Source: Oikopleura dioica (Eukaryota > Animalia > Chordata). From it: 64,000 bases of DNA. The stretch spans positions 7,874,001 through 7,938,000 of the forward strand of contig OU015569.1 of assembly GCA_907165135.1 (NCBI GenBank), read 5' to 3'. The notes under the pieces were generated by a model, which was given only the letters and a program-made list of their open reading frames with translations, did not search any database and was not told where the DNA came from. Within the stretch, counting starts at the first letter, position 1. Each line of letters begins with the position of its first letter. Position numbers and translations under genes: made by a program. Below, one piece after another: positions 48,437 to 61,418 of this stretch.

Positions 48437-51400
48437 ATGGATGAGGATAATTACCCGGCTAGTGATGTAGTGCCGATTTATGACACGGGTAGTGGAACTT
48501 TCAGCGCAGAGCAAAATACCAAGGTGGGCTTCGCACTTACCCGGGCACTCAGATTACGTCGTTTCACCTGAAAAATACCAATTTACAATCACGAGAGCTC
48601 GTGAACTGATTCGACTGGCTGTAAATTGTCTGGAGTTGTCTCATCCAGAACAGGATTGTCCGGGTAAATGCGAAAACCACATAAGCAGATTTTGATGAGC
48701 TCATTGGAAGAGAAAAATAGGAGCCGTAATCGAACGAACTCGCCGTCAGATCTAGTGGCAACAGATGACAGTCCACTGGACCAGCTGCTGAAAACTCCTG
48801 CCACAACTGCTTTACCTGCTTTGCCGAGTTCTGCTCCTATGGATATTTTAGGAATAGGCCGAATTACATTATACTCGTAAATATGATTCTTTTCATTTTT
48901 ATTAATTTGGTGTTAACGTAATGTACCCTTTATGCAGGCAATGATGATGAGGATCTCCAAAAAGCACTCCAAATGTCTCTTCAAGATGGACAAAATAACG
49001 AATTGAGCGCAGAGGAAAAAGACTTTCAAAGGGCGATTGCCGAATCTATGCAGACTCACGAAGCCCATCAAAACCCAGAAAAGCGCTCGCTAGAGTCTGA
49101 TCGAGCTCCGCAGTTGGCAAATCCCGAAAGAGATCCAGACATGCCTGCTGGAATGCGTAATGTTGGGAGTAGCTGCTGGTTTAATTGCGTTCTCCAGGTA
49201 GTTAAATTCAAAGTTTCACAGCGTGAAGGGTCATGTTTCAGATAATGTACAACATTCCGAGCCTTCGGGAAGCAATATCTCACTACAACTCCTCATCCCC
49301 GTCGGAAGAGTTCTTTGCCTTACAAAAAACGTTAGCCTTACTTCATTTGTCGAAGTACTCTTGGGTGGACCCGATTGACGAAGTCCTTCTTTATCGTAAG
49401 ATGATGCCGATGTCATCGCAACAGGATGCTGCTGAATTTCTTGGGAAATGCATCGAAATTTGCGAGAAAGAGTTCAAGAACGGCAACGAAAATGAGGACA
49501 TAAGCGCGTTGACTTCAATTTATTCGGGGACACTCACTGTCACAGGCAAAGATAGTAAGGATCAGGTAATTATATACATTATTCTGTTGGCTCAGCGGAC
49601 GGTTCCTCGTCCTACAAAATAATTGATTCACCTCGAGCTTGATAATACCTCTGGAGAATTTTCTTCCTGGCCATCTTCAGGATTTTCTTCTTCTACTTGT
49701 GTCTCATCCTTAGCTGGTTTAACTTTGATCGGTGTAACTGGGGTTACTTCTTGAGTTTCAGTAGCCAGAGAACCTTGTGTCACAGGCGCAACTGGAGCAG
49801 CTATTTGCTGCGGAACTCCCATCATCGCCTGCGTCAGTGGTGCAGCCGCTACTGGAGCACCACTTAGCTGAGCTAATTGCTAGTTACACATTCATAGACG
49901 GGCTATACCTTCGCTAGCTCTTGATCATAGTAGGCTTTGTAGTAATTATATTCTTGCATGAAGTAGGTCTTGTAGTCTTCCTCGAGTTTTTGTCTTAATA
50001 GATATTTATTCCCATGAATATGAGTCAACTTCATGGGAATAAATATGACATGGTTAATTCATATGAATACTTCCATATGAGAAGTTAGTTTAATATCGCA
50101 CCTTGATGCATCATCAGTTGCCTGAGAAACTGCCGTCAAGTAATTCTGATCAGTTTGCATTCTCATGCTTGGCTCCATGGCAGCAAGTTGTGTTTCCGCT
50201 TGTTTCTTGAATTGAAGGTATTCAGAAGACATTCCACTCGGAGCGTCAGGCAGCGTCGGTATCTGGTTCGCCGCAGCTGCACCATTTACTTCCACCCTTC
50301 GAAATTCATAAATAGTTTTCTTGGATCACAAGGATTGCGACGAGTGCGACTTATTGTGGGGCACTGTCGCATTTACAGTATAGGCTATACTTTTTGCTTA
50401 CCCTGCACCAACTTGATCGGAAACCTCTCCTAGACCTTCTCCTTCCGCTTCCTCTTCCTCGCCTTCGAGGAGTGCCGCAGAAATATTAGCAATTTCTTGA
50501 CGGGCCTCTGCCACATCGGCCTTTACAAAATGAAGCTCTTCTCTCACTTGTTGTATGAACTCTTTCATGATTTCACAGAGCTCTTTTTGTCTATCTTCAG
50601 AATTTTTATCTAACATGATGGCGGCAGTATAGATGCATCCGTTTGTCGACATGTTTTGCTGTTTCTACAAAATAATCATTCCAACTTTTTTATGCTTTTC
50701 CTTAAATCCCAAACCTTTATATTCTGCTCAAATGGTTTGAATGCATCTTTGTCCTCATACGGGGTGGGAAGCTCCAGCTCTAATATGTCCTTTTTTCACG
50801 GTTTTTCACATTTTTGAAAAATGATTTTTCTATAATATCGTTGATATTATTGATAGTTTCACATAAATAAAACAAAAAATCTGAGTTTATAGAGGTTAGA
50901 AATTTCTCTCTTTCGAACCGCTTCTGATGTGCTTGAATTGGATCACACTGTATTTTGGTGATAGGATCGCGATCCGGTTTCTTGTATCGAGACCTCCATC
51001 CGAGTAGATTCTCTGGGGGCTGTATGTGCTCTTTCCACTTATGGAGACGTTCCTCTGATAAAACTTCGTGTTCTCTTTGCGGATCCATTTCCATTTCAAA
51101 CTCATCTTCGCACTCAGGCAACTCGAGCTCTTCATTTTCCGCCATCTTTGTGGAGACTGATAAATTGGAAAAAACGCTTTATATGGTACTATGTACTTCT
51201 GAAAGATTGACTAAAGATTGAATCATTTAAATCATGTCCGCACTGCAGAATTAATAGAGTCTTCCGTTTAGTCATTTTCGAGCAACGAGGATTTTGGTCC
51301 ACATTTTAATATTCATGTTCACCAAAAGGGGAACCTAGGTACGTGCTGTATATTTTATAAGGTTACAACTTGCCCTTTAGAAAACGCCTTGAATGGAATT

Positions 51401-53622
51401 GAAATCAACAAGGAGACGTGGATCAAGACTCTTCCCCAGGTGCTTTTCCTAAACTTAAACCGCTTCGAGTACAACCGGCAACTACAAGTCCCTCAAAAAT
51501 CGAATGAACGACTTGAGTTTAAAGAAGAAATTTTCATGGATAGGTACTTGAGCTGCAACCAAGACAGGGTAATGATTTATTTATCGTATGTCTAAGAAGC
51601 AGGAGAGGCTAGACTGCGGCTGAATAAGTGATCATCGTGATTCGCGAGAGGCGACTGACAATTCCAAAAGAAGAAATAGATATTTTCGAACAATTTTAAA
51701 ACTATCTTTAATTACCCTTACAAGACTTGGCTAGAAAACTCCACAACGAACATCAGTCTATCGAGGAAAAACTTCTCACGATAAGTAATTCAAAAGCAGC
51801 TCTCACAAAAAGAGGAGATATGAATGTCAACCGTACGCTGCAAACTGTGATCGACATGTGTGCTGCGACGGAAAGCTCAGAAACGTTGCCCGCTGATATC
51901 AGTCTCTCTGATATGAAGGCTACCAAGGCTGTGCTCACCAAATGGAACGACTTTATTAAATCGGAAAATCAGAAGCTTTCTGAAACAGCCACTGAATTGC
52001 GCTCTCAAAGAAGAAATCTTTACACGAAAAGTTCGTTGCAGCAAGAGAGATTCTTTTTATCGGGTGTGATTGTTCACCAGGGACAAGCAGGCGCTGGTCA
52101 TTACTGGGTTTACATTCTAAAAGGCGAATCATGGTGGCGGATCAACGATAATGATGTTAAGAAAGTTGAGTTTTTCGACATCGAGAAAGAAAGCTTTGGT
52201 GGTGCCTCCGGTAGCTCGTCAGCCTATATATTGGTTTACCAGAAAGATGGGGGTACTGTTATCACTGACGAGCTAGCCCCTGCCCTTGACAGTGCTGTGA
52301 AGCATCATGACGAACAGCAGGCTCAGCGAGCTAGTGAAGCTAATCGGAAGTCGCCGCCAGTGCCAGATTGGTCTGAGCCAGTTGATGATCCATACAGTGT
52401 TAATGTTATGCACCACGTTCCCGCCTTCAGCAATACGGAAGCGTCGCCACTTGATATTCCAGCGTTGGAAGTTGCGACAGAAGAAAGTGACATGGATGTC
52501 GACGAAGTCAATGTTGTCTCAAGCAACCTCACCTCTACAGAGCTAGAGTACAGGTAACTGTAGAAGAACTGTTTGAAATTATCTTCATTATTAAGCCAGC
52601 AGTTTGACGCTTGGCTCCAAGGCAACTGCAGAAATGAGAAAACGAGATTTTATAAGAATCATTTTATCGATTCTTTGACATATGATCTACAAACGAAACG
52701 GCAACTAAAGTTTGCGGCATTTTTGGACGAAAATGGCAAAACAGAATTTCTTCGAAGTTTCTGGAATGAAGTCAAGAATAAGGTTTTGAATGGCCTTTTA
52801 ACCTCTTACAAACTTTTAATTTAGGAGCTTATTGAGCAATATAGAAATATTTCTAAGCTCCATGCTCTCCATGCCTGCACGTTTGAAGATATGGTTCAAG
52901 GTACTTGAGCGGCCATATTCCAAATTCATTAAAACTGATAGCCCTTTTCGCCTGGGACAATGGCAGGTGGAATACTATGGATGACGTTATACGGGCGCTT
53001 CAATATGCTGAGACGGCTATATTTGATCAAATATGGTTTACCGAGTTAAACGACATTGGCTGCGATGAGATTGAGCATTCATATTTCTATGATGCACTGA
53101 GTCGTATACTCTTTGATGCCACTAACGTAAGATTAATTGAAAAATGCGTATTTGAAGGAAATTTAGAAAATAATGGATGCTTTGTCTTCTGCGGCTAACC
53201 CAATTGCTCATTTGAAGGAACTAAATGGCTACCTGAATCTATTTTTGTATTTGAGCAAAAGCATTAACTCGTTCACGGAATATAGGAACTGGTTTTATCA
53301 TCAATCTGCAGCGTGTATTCATGAACTCTAGTTTACACTCCAAAAACCAAAAAATAGAGATGACACGATAAACAACGTAAAGCAGAGAGTAGACTTCGTG
53401 CGTGGCAAGTGGCTAGAATTTCAGGAACAAACTTTCAATACCGAACTGGACAACGCCAAAGGACCAATGGAAGATTTTATCGGCCGTCTGTTCCTCGAGG
53501 ACTGCCAAGAAATTTATTATAATCTACGAAGCCGCGAGGATGAAAGCTCGTGGAAACTGAAAGAGGATCCAAATCTGACAATGCAAAATTACAGTTCACT
53601 GAAGCAACAGAAGTTTGATTAA
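48437..53622 (+). CDS. USP25: Ubiquitin-specific protease USP25/USP28 family; start approximate
   Basis: UIMs DDEDLQKALQMSL and FQRAIAESM; Cys box PAGMRNVGSSCWFNCVLQ; QQDAAEF; TLPQVLFLNLNRFEYN; His box VIVHQGQAGAGHYWVYI..WWRINDNDV; SAYILVY. USP25 versus USP28 is not resolvable (pre-duplication ortholog likely). Confidence 0.88.
49579..51145 (-). CDS. Multi-exon orphan gene nested antisense in the 1706-bp USP intron (49566-51271)
   Basis: ORFs 50780-51145, 50398-50652, 50059-50295 and 49628-49825, plus small exons (ELELPTPYEDKDAFKPFEQNIK; QKLEEDYKTYFMQEYNYYKAYYDQELAK; DEEPSAEPTE*), have GT-AG boundaries. One internal junction (near 50300-50400) is not fully resolved. Confidence 0.75.
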
Positions 53623-54359
53623 ATGTACACAGCCAAAAATATTTATTGCCATTAAAACAAAATACTGCTCAATGACATCCTGTTCAAAATTTCGCTACCA
53701 ATGCAGGCTACATGTAACCTACCTGTATATTCCTGTATGATAATGAAAATATTTATATAAATAAAAAGATAAAGATGTTCAAAAATATGTTGACTGAAAG
53801 ATTATTGAGCGCCGGTGACTAGAGTTCACTCAGTTACTTGCGCTTACTTTGATTCCTTCCTTGCTGGAAATAATGAACTCGCAGGATCTGCCTTTATTTG
53901 TTACAAATAAGATTGTAAAAAGTGAGAGTTATTTTCTTATCACGATCAAGAAGAAAATTCTAGTGACAGAGCACTTGGGCCAGCCTGAGTAGTATTGTCC
54001 TAGTCGTAATCCTTTCAATTAAATTATTCGCAGAGAACAAAAGGCACACTTTGCACAGATTTCCACGCGTCAAAAATTCTAAGCCTTTGAATTTAAGCAT
54101 TCTCGTCTTGTTGTCCTTTTGAGATTTCGCTCTCTCACTGTTCGCTGCCGCAAATTTACCATTTCTGAAATCACAACCGGTAGCGAATTAGTTAAATGAC
54201 TCGCCGCCTGAATCAGAGATCATCGTAAAAAGCAGGCAAAGCCTTTCATGACAATTTTACCATTTGTCCGTTATACTTTACCGACTGGCGCCGCCACAAA
54301 AATATGAAATAGAGAAATTTACAACTGCGGGTGGAATAATAAGTGAAACGAAAGCTACC

Positions 54360-57103
54360 ATGCTGGTGATTCTAGCATCAATATTTGGCTTATTATCAGC
54401 GAGAGAAGTACCTGTCGAGCTTATCGCCCAGCCAGTCGTCAGCAGTCGTGATGGAAGCATTCAGTGTTTTTTTGATTTGGAATTATCAGATAGGCTCAAA
54501 GGTTTAACTTGGAAGTAAGTTCGGGGCTCGATTATTTACGTTTACTATAATACATTGGCATGATGTTCTATTCTTTCATAAAAGAAAACGCGAATATCAG
54601 AATCACCTCTTTTACTACTTGAAATTCTAGGCGTTCTTTCCAAGATGAGGAGGATGAAATTATCATGGTGCTGGACGGAGAAGGTCAAACCCGACACGCA
54701 TTAGACGGCAGATTTTCTAGCTTTTTGAAAAATGCGACGAGCATCGATAGTAAAAATAGGTAATTACAAAAAGGTCAACTGACACTCAAGTTCAGGCATA
54801 CGGTTTCGATAAAGGAATTATCCATTGTTACCGGACGCACTCCCCAAGATTGTCGAAAAGACATTGTAGATCCAAGAATCGTTACAAATCCTACACAAAG
54901 CTGTTTATTCAGTAAATAAACTTGCTGAAAATTGCCTACAAAAAGCCAAGAGTGTCAAAAATTTTACGAGATAATTTAGAGACCCGGCATTACGATGATA
55001 GTTCTGTGATTAAAATAGGCTTATGAGATTTTTTTTCATAATCCCCACATACTTAAATAATTAACCTTAGACAAAGTATTTTTTATCAATTGAAGATATC
55101 ATTCTAAAAGCGTATAAAGCTAATATATTTTAATATTCAGATTTGAATCGTTATTGAGAATAAATGAGGTTTCAACCAGTGATGACCAGTTCGACTACAA
55201 TTGTGAAATTACTTTTATGGACTCAGTAAAGGGTGCTTTCCATCAGTCTGATTCTGAAACAGGTGCAAGGTTGAAAGTCCTTCGCCCTCCCTCTACGCCC
55301 TATTTGACGATTGATAGCAGCTCAGGTTTGGAAATAAATTTTGCTCGTAAAAGCGTCTAATCCGTTTTTGAAGACGAGGCGGTATTTAAATGCGAAGTCG
55401 AGGATCTCGGATACCCAAACGATGCCTCCGTCGAAATACTTCACAACGGGACGTTACTTACAAGCCAGCAGAACGCAATTATCGAGGCCGATCTCAAACT
55501 TAGTCCCAAAGACGCACGTACCATTGTTGAGTGCCGAACAAGTCACGAAAGTTTCGATCTTGGACTAGCGCAACAAACGACTGACGAGTTCGAGCTCGTC
55601 GCTCCGCAATTGAGTGGGCCGAATGCACCATTTTCGCTCTATTTGACGAAAAAGGCTTTGTCTCAGATCCCTGCTAAAAAAGTGAACACCAACTCTGCAC
55701 TTGGTTCCGGAACAGGCCTTTCTGTCAAAATTCAGGACAAGTGAGCATTTTTTCGTGATAACAGAAAGTTAACGGATGAGTTTAGGTCAGCAAAATACTG
55801 CCATGTTTCTGTGGAAATGGATACTGACGCGCTTCCAGTTCCAGCCTTGCTAGTTTTCACAGGAAAAAACCAAACGTCAAACATGACTCCATCGAGTGGC
55901 AATCGTATGACCATCACGCTCGACAAAAATGCCGAATCTACAACTGTTGTGGCTATGAGCCCCCTTGGAAGTGTCGGCTTTACCTTCGACAACTCGGTCC
56001 ACGCAGAATGTAGGTACTGCGAATCTCGACCAATTTAATTTTGCGCGTTAGGTTTTCCTTCGCTTCCTGCTCAAACAGTGAAGAAGTCCGGCAGCTCGTC
56101 ATTCAACGGGGCGATTATCGCCATATTCGTTATAGTGATTCTTGTCAGTGTTCTAATTGGATTAGGTTTGTAGTCGTTTTTTTTAAATTCGTTTCGTTTG
56201 CTTTATAATTACTCACGCTGGTTCTAGTGTTTTTGAAAAGACGGCGGGACATGGAAAAGGGTAACGGTGATAATGAAAACGCAAACGCGACGATGCGGTC
56301 TGTTGAATCGCAGGACTTCGAAGCTTACCAACCGGAGCAAAATGATACAAAAAGAAGCCAGTCTAATCGAGAATCAGGTTTATTTTTCAAGAAATTATAA
56401 TCCTTATTAATCTGATCTCGTAGTTTATTTCAGTAAAGGTTTCGGATCTCATTAAGATCATCTTCATTACTAAATAGTTGTAAGAAAACGTAAAAAATAG
56501 AACGAACCTTTGAGGGCCTTTCGGGCATAATCAATTATGGCAAATATATTTCAATTATAATTATTGCATGATCTTGTTAACTTTTCATTTTAGCATTAAT
56601 TTTCGTCATAACTTTTCTTTAACTTGGTACAATCGATGAAGCACTTAATCAGCAGTCGTACGAGTTGTATTCTGAGTTATTGTTTTCAGGAGCAACATAT
56701 TTACTACGGCAATGTTTATGCGGAAATAATTAGCGAAACGCTCATGGCGTTGTTTTTATTATAAATTAAGCAGATGTTAATTTGAATTTAATCAAATAGC
56801 TTTTGTTCTAATCTAGCGCGCCGTTAGAACTTGATAAATACATTAAAACTATTATGAAAGAATAAATATTCAGAGACTTCTCGTTTCGTTCAACCAAACA
56901 CAAGCCTTGCTCTCTCAGACGATGATGCAGACATCTAGTTTTAATCAATCTTATATTCTCGCCTGTAATAAATTATCGAATTTAAAATCTCAATTTTAGG
57001 TGTTTTCTATGATGCCGAAGCTGAAGAACAGTCATTTATAGCTTCTGAAAACGAAGCTAGATTAGGTGAAGAGTCGCCTTTGCGTAAACAAATCTACAGC
57101 TAG
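54360..57103 (+). CDS. Type I membrane immunoglobulin-superfamily protein (V-type + C2-type Ig + degenerate third domain); last exon ambiguous
   Basis: Signal MLVILASIFGLLSA; IQCFF..LTWK; LRINEVSTSDDQFDYNCEITF; VFKCEVEDLGYP..VEC; TM GAIIAIFVIVILVSVLIGLGVFL followed by KRRR; acidic cytoplasmic tail. Confidence 0.75.
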
Positions 57104-57608
57104 AGTTCTTCAAAGTCCTTTAAATTATGTCAGTGTAGAAAAGTGAAATCCTGTATTTCATCAAGAGAAACTAATTTTTCTACCGATTGTTGAATTCTTT
57201 TGAAAGATCACTCGGCCGTTTTATGAACTTCGAAAAGCCTCGAAGTGGCCCTTTGGAAGATAGACTAGCCCAGGAAGCGATTCAAATTAATTCATAAATC
57301 TGCCAAAAAGATTTATAAAAACCTCTGTTTTCGATGGTAAAAAATATCGCCTTGAAAGCTCTACAACAAAAACACTAATTGAAGAAAATCAATATCAGTG
57401 CTAAAATCGCCAACTACCATTTTCGAAAATATAAAATTAACAAATCATTTATGAAATAGAAAACCTTTATTGTTTGTTCAATACAGCAATATTTTGTATA
57501 TCACGATTTGGAGAAGCTCCCTCGGGCTTTTTAAAAAAGTTTATACAGTGAGTGAAAATATTTATGTACAAGAATAAGAATCGGAGCATCTTCTTGAGAC
57601 GGTAGTAT

Positions 57609-58840
57609 TTATAAGGTCATGTAGTTGTGTGGATCACCAGCTACGCTTTCAACAACATCACCATCGCAAGTTCCAGTGGAAACAATGTTGAAGATCTCGC
57701 CAAGAGCGGAGCTTAAAAAACGGTACTCGAATGAAATGAGCCGGAGAATAGTGCTAGTTTCGTAATAGACTGCTGTTAATTTACCTCGTTCGGCAGCAGT
57801 CTTTGTTATTGGCGTAGCCTCTTCGTTCGGGGTAAATACCGCAGCATTTTTCCTTGAGAGGAGATTGCACTCCATTACCTCGCTCGGGACAAGTGTAAGA
57901 TCCGCCTCCAGAAACGGTTCTGAAGCTCTCATCGATGCAGTAAGTTTTCCCTTCGTCGATTGGGTTTCCGTTGTTCTAAGGAATAAGGGTTTAGATAAGC
58001 CAACTTATCGCGCGCTTCTCCTTATCGCACAGTTTTGGTATCAATGTTACGCTACAGTTCTCTGATCTAATCGAGATTATGGCAAACCTGGCACTGGTCT
58101 TCGTTGTAAGCAATTTTAGCAGCAAAGGCGGCGTCACACTGGCAAATGTGCTCTCCATCAGATTGAGCGCCTCCTGAGCAGTCAATACTTCTCTTTCCAT
58201 CACTATCAGTTGTAAAGGTTGCCGAATACGAAAGCTCAGAGTATTTTTTTCCGTAGTCGATGTTAACGCAGGCATAACATCTATTATTTTAAAGATATTT
58301 CATTCAATTCACTCATTTTTTGTACCTGTAAAGATCAGTGCACGCCTTGTCGTTCCAATCTACATTAGCTGAACCGGCGCCAAGGTCTTCAATGTTGGAA
58401 GTTCCCTTGGCCCAGCAGTAACAACCGTAACTAGTGTACTTCTGTTCAAGCGCTTGGAGAGTTGCGTCCATGTTCTGTGTTGCTGGATCGACACTGTCTG
58501 CACCTTCTCCTTGCATGTAAGCAATCATAGCGGCAATAGGAGCAAAGTTCGATGTGCCAGCCTTCACTCGAGTTAGAAAATAGAAAATCAGACTACTAAG
58601 TAGTCCAGCTCGTTTTTCATCCATGGGATAGATTGAAGTTTTAAATCTACACTCGTTCCTGTCTTCTGTACCTTCCAGCGGCGAGATGCTTCTCAACCCA
58701 GTCTCCAGCAATATTTCGTTCGACCTTGTGCTGGAAATTTTCTCGAAAGGTTGCATTGGCCAAAGAAATAAAGGCAAGAGAGAGCTTCTATAAAAAAAAC
58801 GTTAACAAACAAAAATCTCTTTGAAACTTGGAATTACCAT
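57609..58840 (-). CDS. Secreted sPLA2-fold protein lacking the catalytic His-Asp (otoconin-like pseudo-enzyme)
   Basis: M|KLSLAFISLANA signal; YTSYGCYCW; DKACTDLYR|CYAC in place of DxCCxxHDxCY; HICQCDAAFA; CCGIYPERRGY...CC; ends PHNYMTL*. Confidence 0.8.
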
Positions 58841-61418
58841 TTTGTGTTTGGGGTATTGACTGATTCACTGTTTTGAGGGATGACATGTTCTTCTTGCTTG
58901 CTGTTTTTATATCCCTTAGAATTTGATCCAGAGCGCCAAATTCTTACTGATAAGAAACCGAGAGCGCGACGTCTTGCGGCGCAATCTCTCGCCGCGCTCA
59001 CAATTTTTCTGCTGCTTGTTTTCCCTCAACGTGAAATTTCAATCTCTTTTGTGCTTATCAGTACTTGTTGCTTTGGGTATTTTATATTACCATCTTGTAT
59101 GGTTAATTTCATTGAAATGCAATAATAAACGCGCCAATTTTCGCCAAAGCATGTTTATTATGACGAGCAACATATTTTAACGCTACGGAACAGACCCATA
59201 ATATTTAATAAAGTGAGGTAGTGACAACGGTCGTCCCAAAGAAAGATTACACTTCGTCAAAACAGTTCCTTGACGGGAAAGGTGTTCCACTGTATTTATA
59301 TGTTCTCGAAAATTGTGTTTATTTGAAAAATTTTAGCCTTGCGGTTCACCAAAGCCATACTTTTTCTAGTCGGACAATGAGTAAATAGCTTAGCCAAAAT
59401 AAGAAAGGTCTTCATGGGACTATCCGTTTTGGATATATATTTACTGATTAGGGAAGTTAGAACCAGTAGGATTTGCTAAACAAACTAGCTGGAAACGATC
59501 CCCGTTCACGTGCATTTCGCAAAAAGAATAAATGAACACAAGACGGATTTCATTCTTGATCCACTTTCTCAGTGCTAGAAACATTTGTCAAGGACCTCTA
59601 GTTATTTTTGATGCACATCAAAACATATCGAGCTGAGTTGTTCAAAATTCATAAAACGTGATCGATTGATAACCTGTTCATTTTATTTAAGATTCGAAAA
59701 TTATTGTCGAGGTACTAGAAACTCTCTTTGGCTAAGAAAATGGCGAATTGGCTAATACGGAAGAATGGTCTTTTTGGGAACGTGCAGGACGCGGTCCAAA
59801 GTACCAAGGCGTGTTTTTGATATCCGCTGGTTCCTTCGGAATTTTTTACCCACTTTAGAAAGTCTTTTTTTAGCTGCTGGAATCTTTGGGGTAAAACGAG
59901 AAATAACCAAAGACGACAGATAATGGCTTTTCTTCGATGTTTGGATAGTTTTAGCTTATCGTGTATTTGGTTTGAATGTTGCTGGCTTTTATCGGATTTT
60001 TTAGGGTCGAATTTAGTCGAATAAAAAATTACTGCTTCGGTGACGATAAAACTTTTAACATATCCTTCGTGATAAAAAAAGAAGCAAAATAGACAGAAAC
60101 GTGCGTCTTCTTTCTTTGGCCGGAACGAACTCAGTGGAAGAACAAGATAATGAGCTGGCCCAATTTCGGTATTTTTATTACTTTTTTACCTTGCACTTTA
60201 AATCGTAGTGCGGCTTCGACATTCCAGCCGCTTTGGGTTAGTCTTTTGATTTATGCTGAGAAAGAATTAAGTAAATCTATTTTGGCTTACAAACTTGCAA
60301 ATTTCAGCCCATGAGAGTACTTCTACGAGAGACTGTTGAAGAAAGAACAAGTCTTGACCTTAATTTTTGAGCGCTTGAATTGCACTTTTACAAAAACGTT
60401 TCAAATTTCAAGAGCAGCTTTAAGAAAGAGCCGTCTAAGAAAGTGGCCTCACTCGAACTGTTACAGTAAAAAAATAGAGAAGCTGTTATCAGATTTTGCC
60501 ACCGCGCATATGCGAGAGGTTGATCGCCTGCTCGTTCATAATTCTATTCGGCTGAGGTCTCTAAAGATATAACTCGACGTCAGGCAAATATCCGCCGGTC
60601 GGAAAAACAGAGGCCGCTCCACGTACTGCAGGTTAGTCTCAGCCCGATCATACAATATCACGCCAATAACCTTGCCAAAATACGCGTCAGGTTAAGATTT
60701 CTTTAGAGCGCCTCTGTAGCTCTAAAAATCTGCGTGATGCTATCATTTCTTTCGCTAACTCGATAGAAGGTTATTTTGATAAGTAAAGGTGAAAAAATTC
60801 ATTCTCTCTTGTATTCAAATTTTTTGCCTTATTCATTATTTTGCTTCGTAGCTGCAACATAAATCCGCTATTTTTCAACGAACGGAACTACTTAATCGAG
60901 GCTTTTCACTTAATCGATCAAGGTCATTCTCGGGGCCCATTAACAATTAATCTTGATATCGCCTCCTTCGTCTGAGGCGAAAAAAGAGACCTTACTAGAG
61001 TGTATTTTTGTACTATCAACGTGTCCCGGATCGGTTTAGAATCAGGAAGCACTTTTGATTGTCTTATTTTGGTGGAGCCGATTTAGATATATCGCGGGCG
61101 GAGGCTACCACGTTTCCGCCGTATCATTGTGTACATGCAACAAACGTTCCTTTCTGTCGGACCATGCTCGCTATCTTCCGCCGAAAACTGAGATAGGATG
61201 AGCAGAAACCGCACGTCAAATGCATTGTTTACCGGCCTCTTGTTTATGATAGTTAGGGTTAAAAGTATGGTTAAGGTCAAGGTTAGCCTCAGGGGCGTCG
61301 ACAAATTGTCGTTTGACTGCCAATTTATCACTCGATAACAGTTAGAAATGATGCTCGATTCCCAAGGATTTTTATTTCAAACAGTTTAGAAAAATTATAT
61401 TCGGGTGCAGTAGATACG

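Noticed and set aside
61252-61287. Degenerate GTTAGG-like hexamers
   Set aside because: Only six imperfect units; insufficient for an interstitial telomere or a defined element.
58900-61400. Short ORFs upstream of the PLA2-like gene
   Set aside because: No coherent exon chain or protein motifs; treated as regulatory or intergenic DNA.
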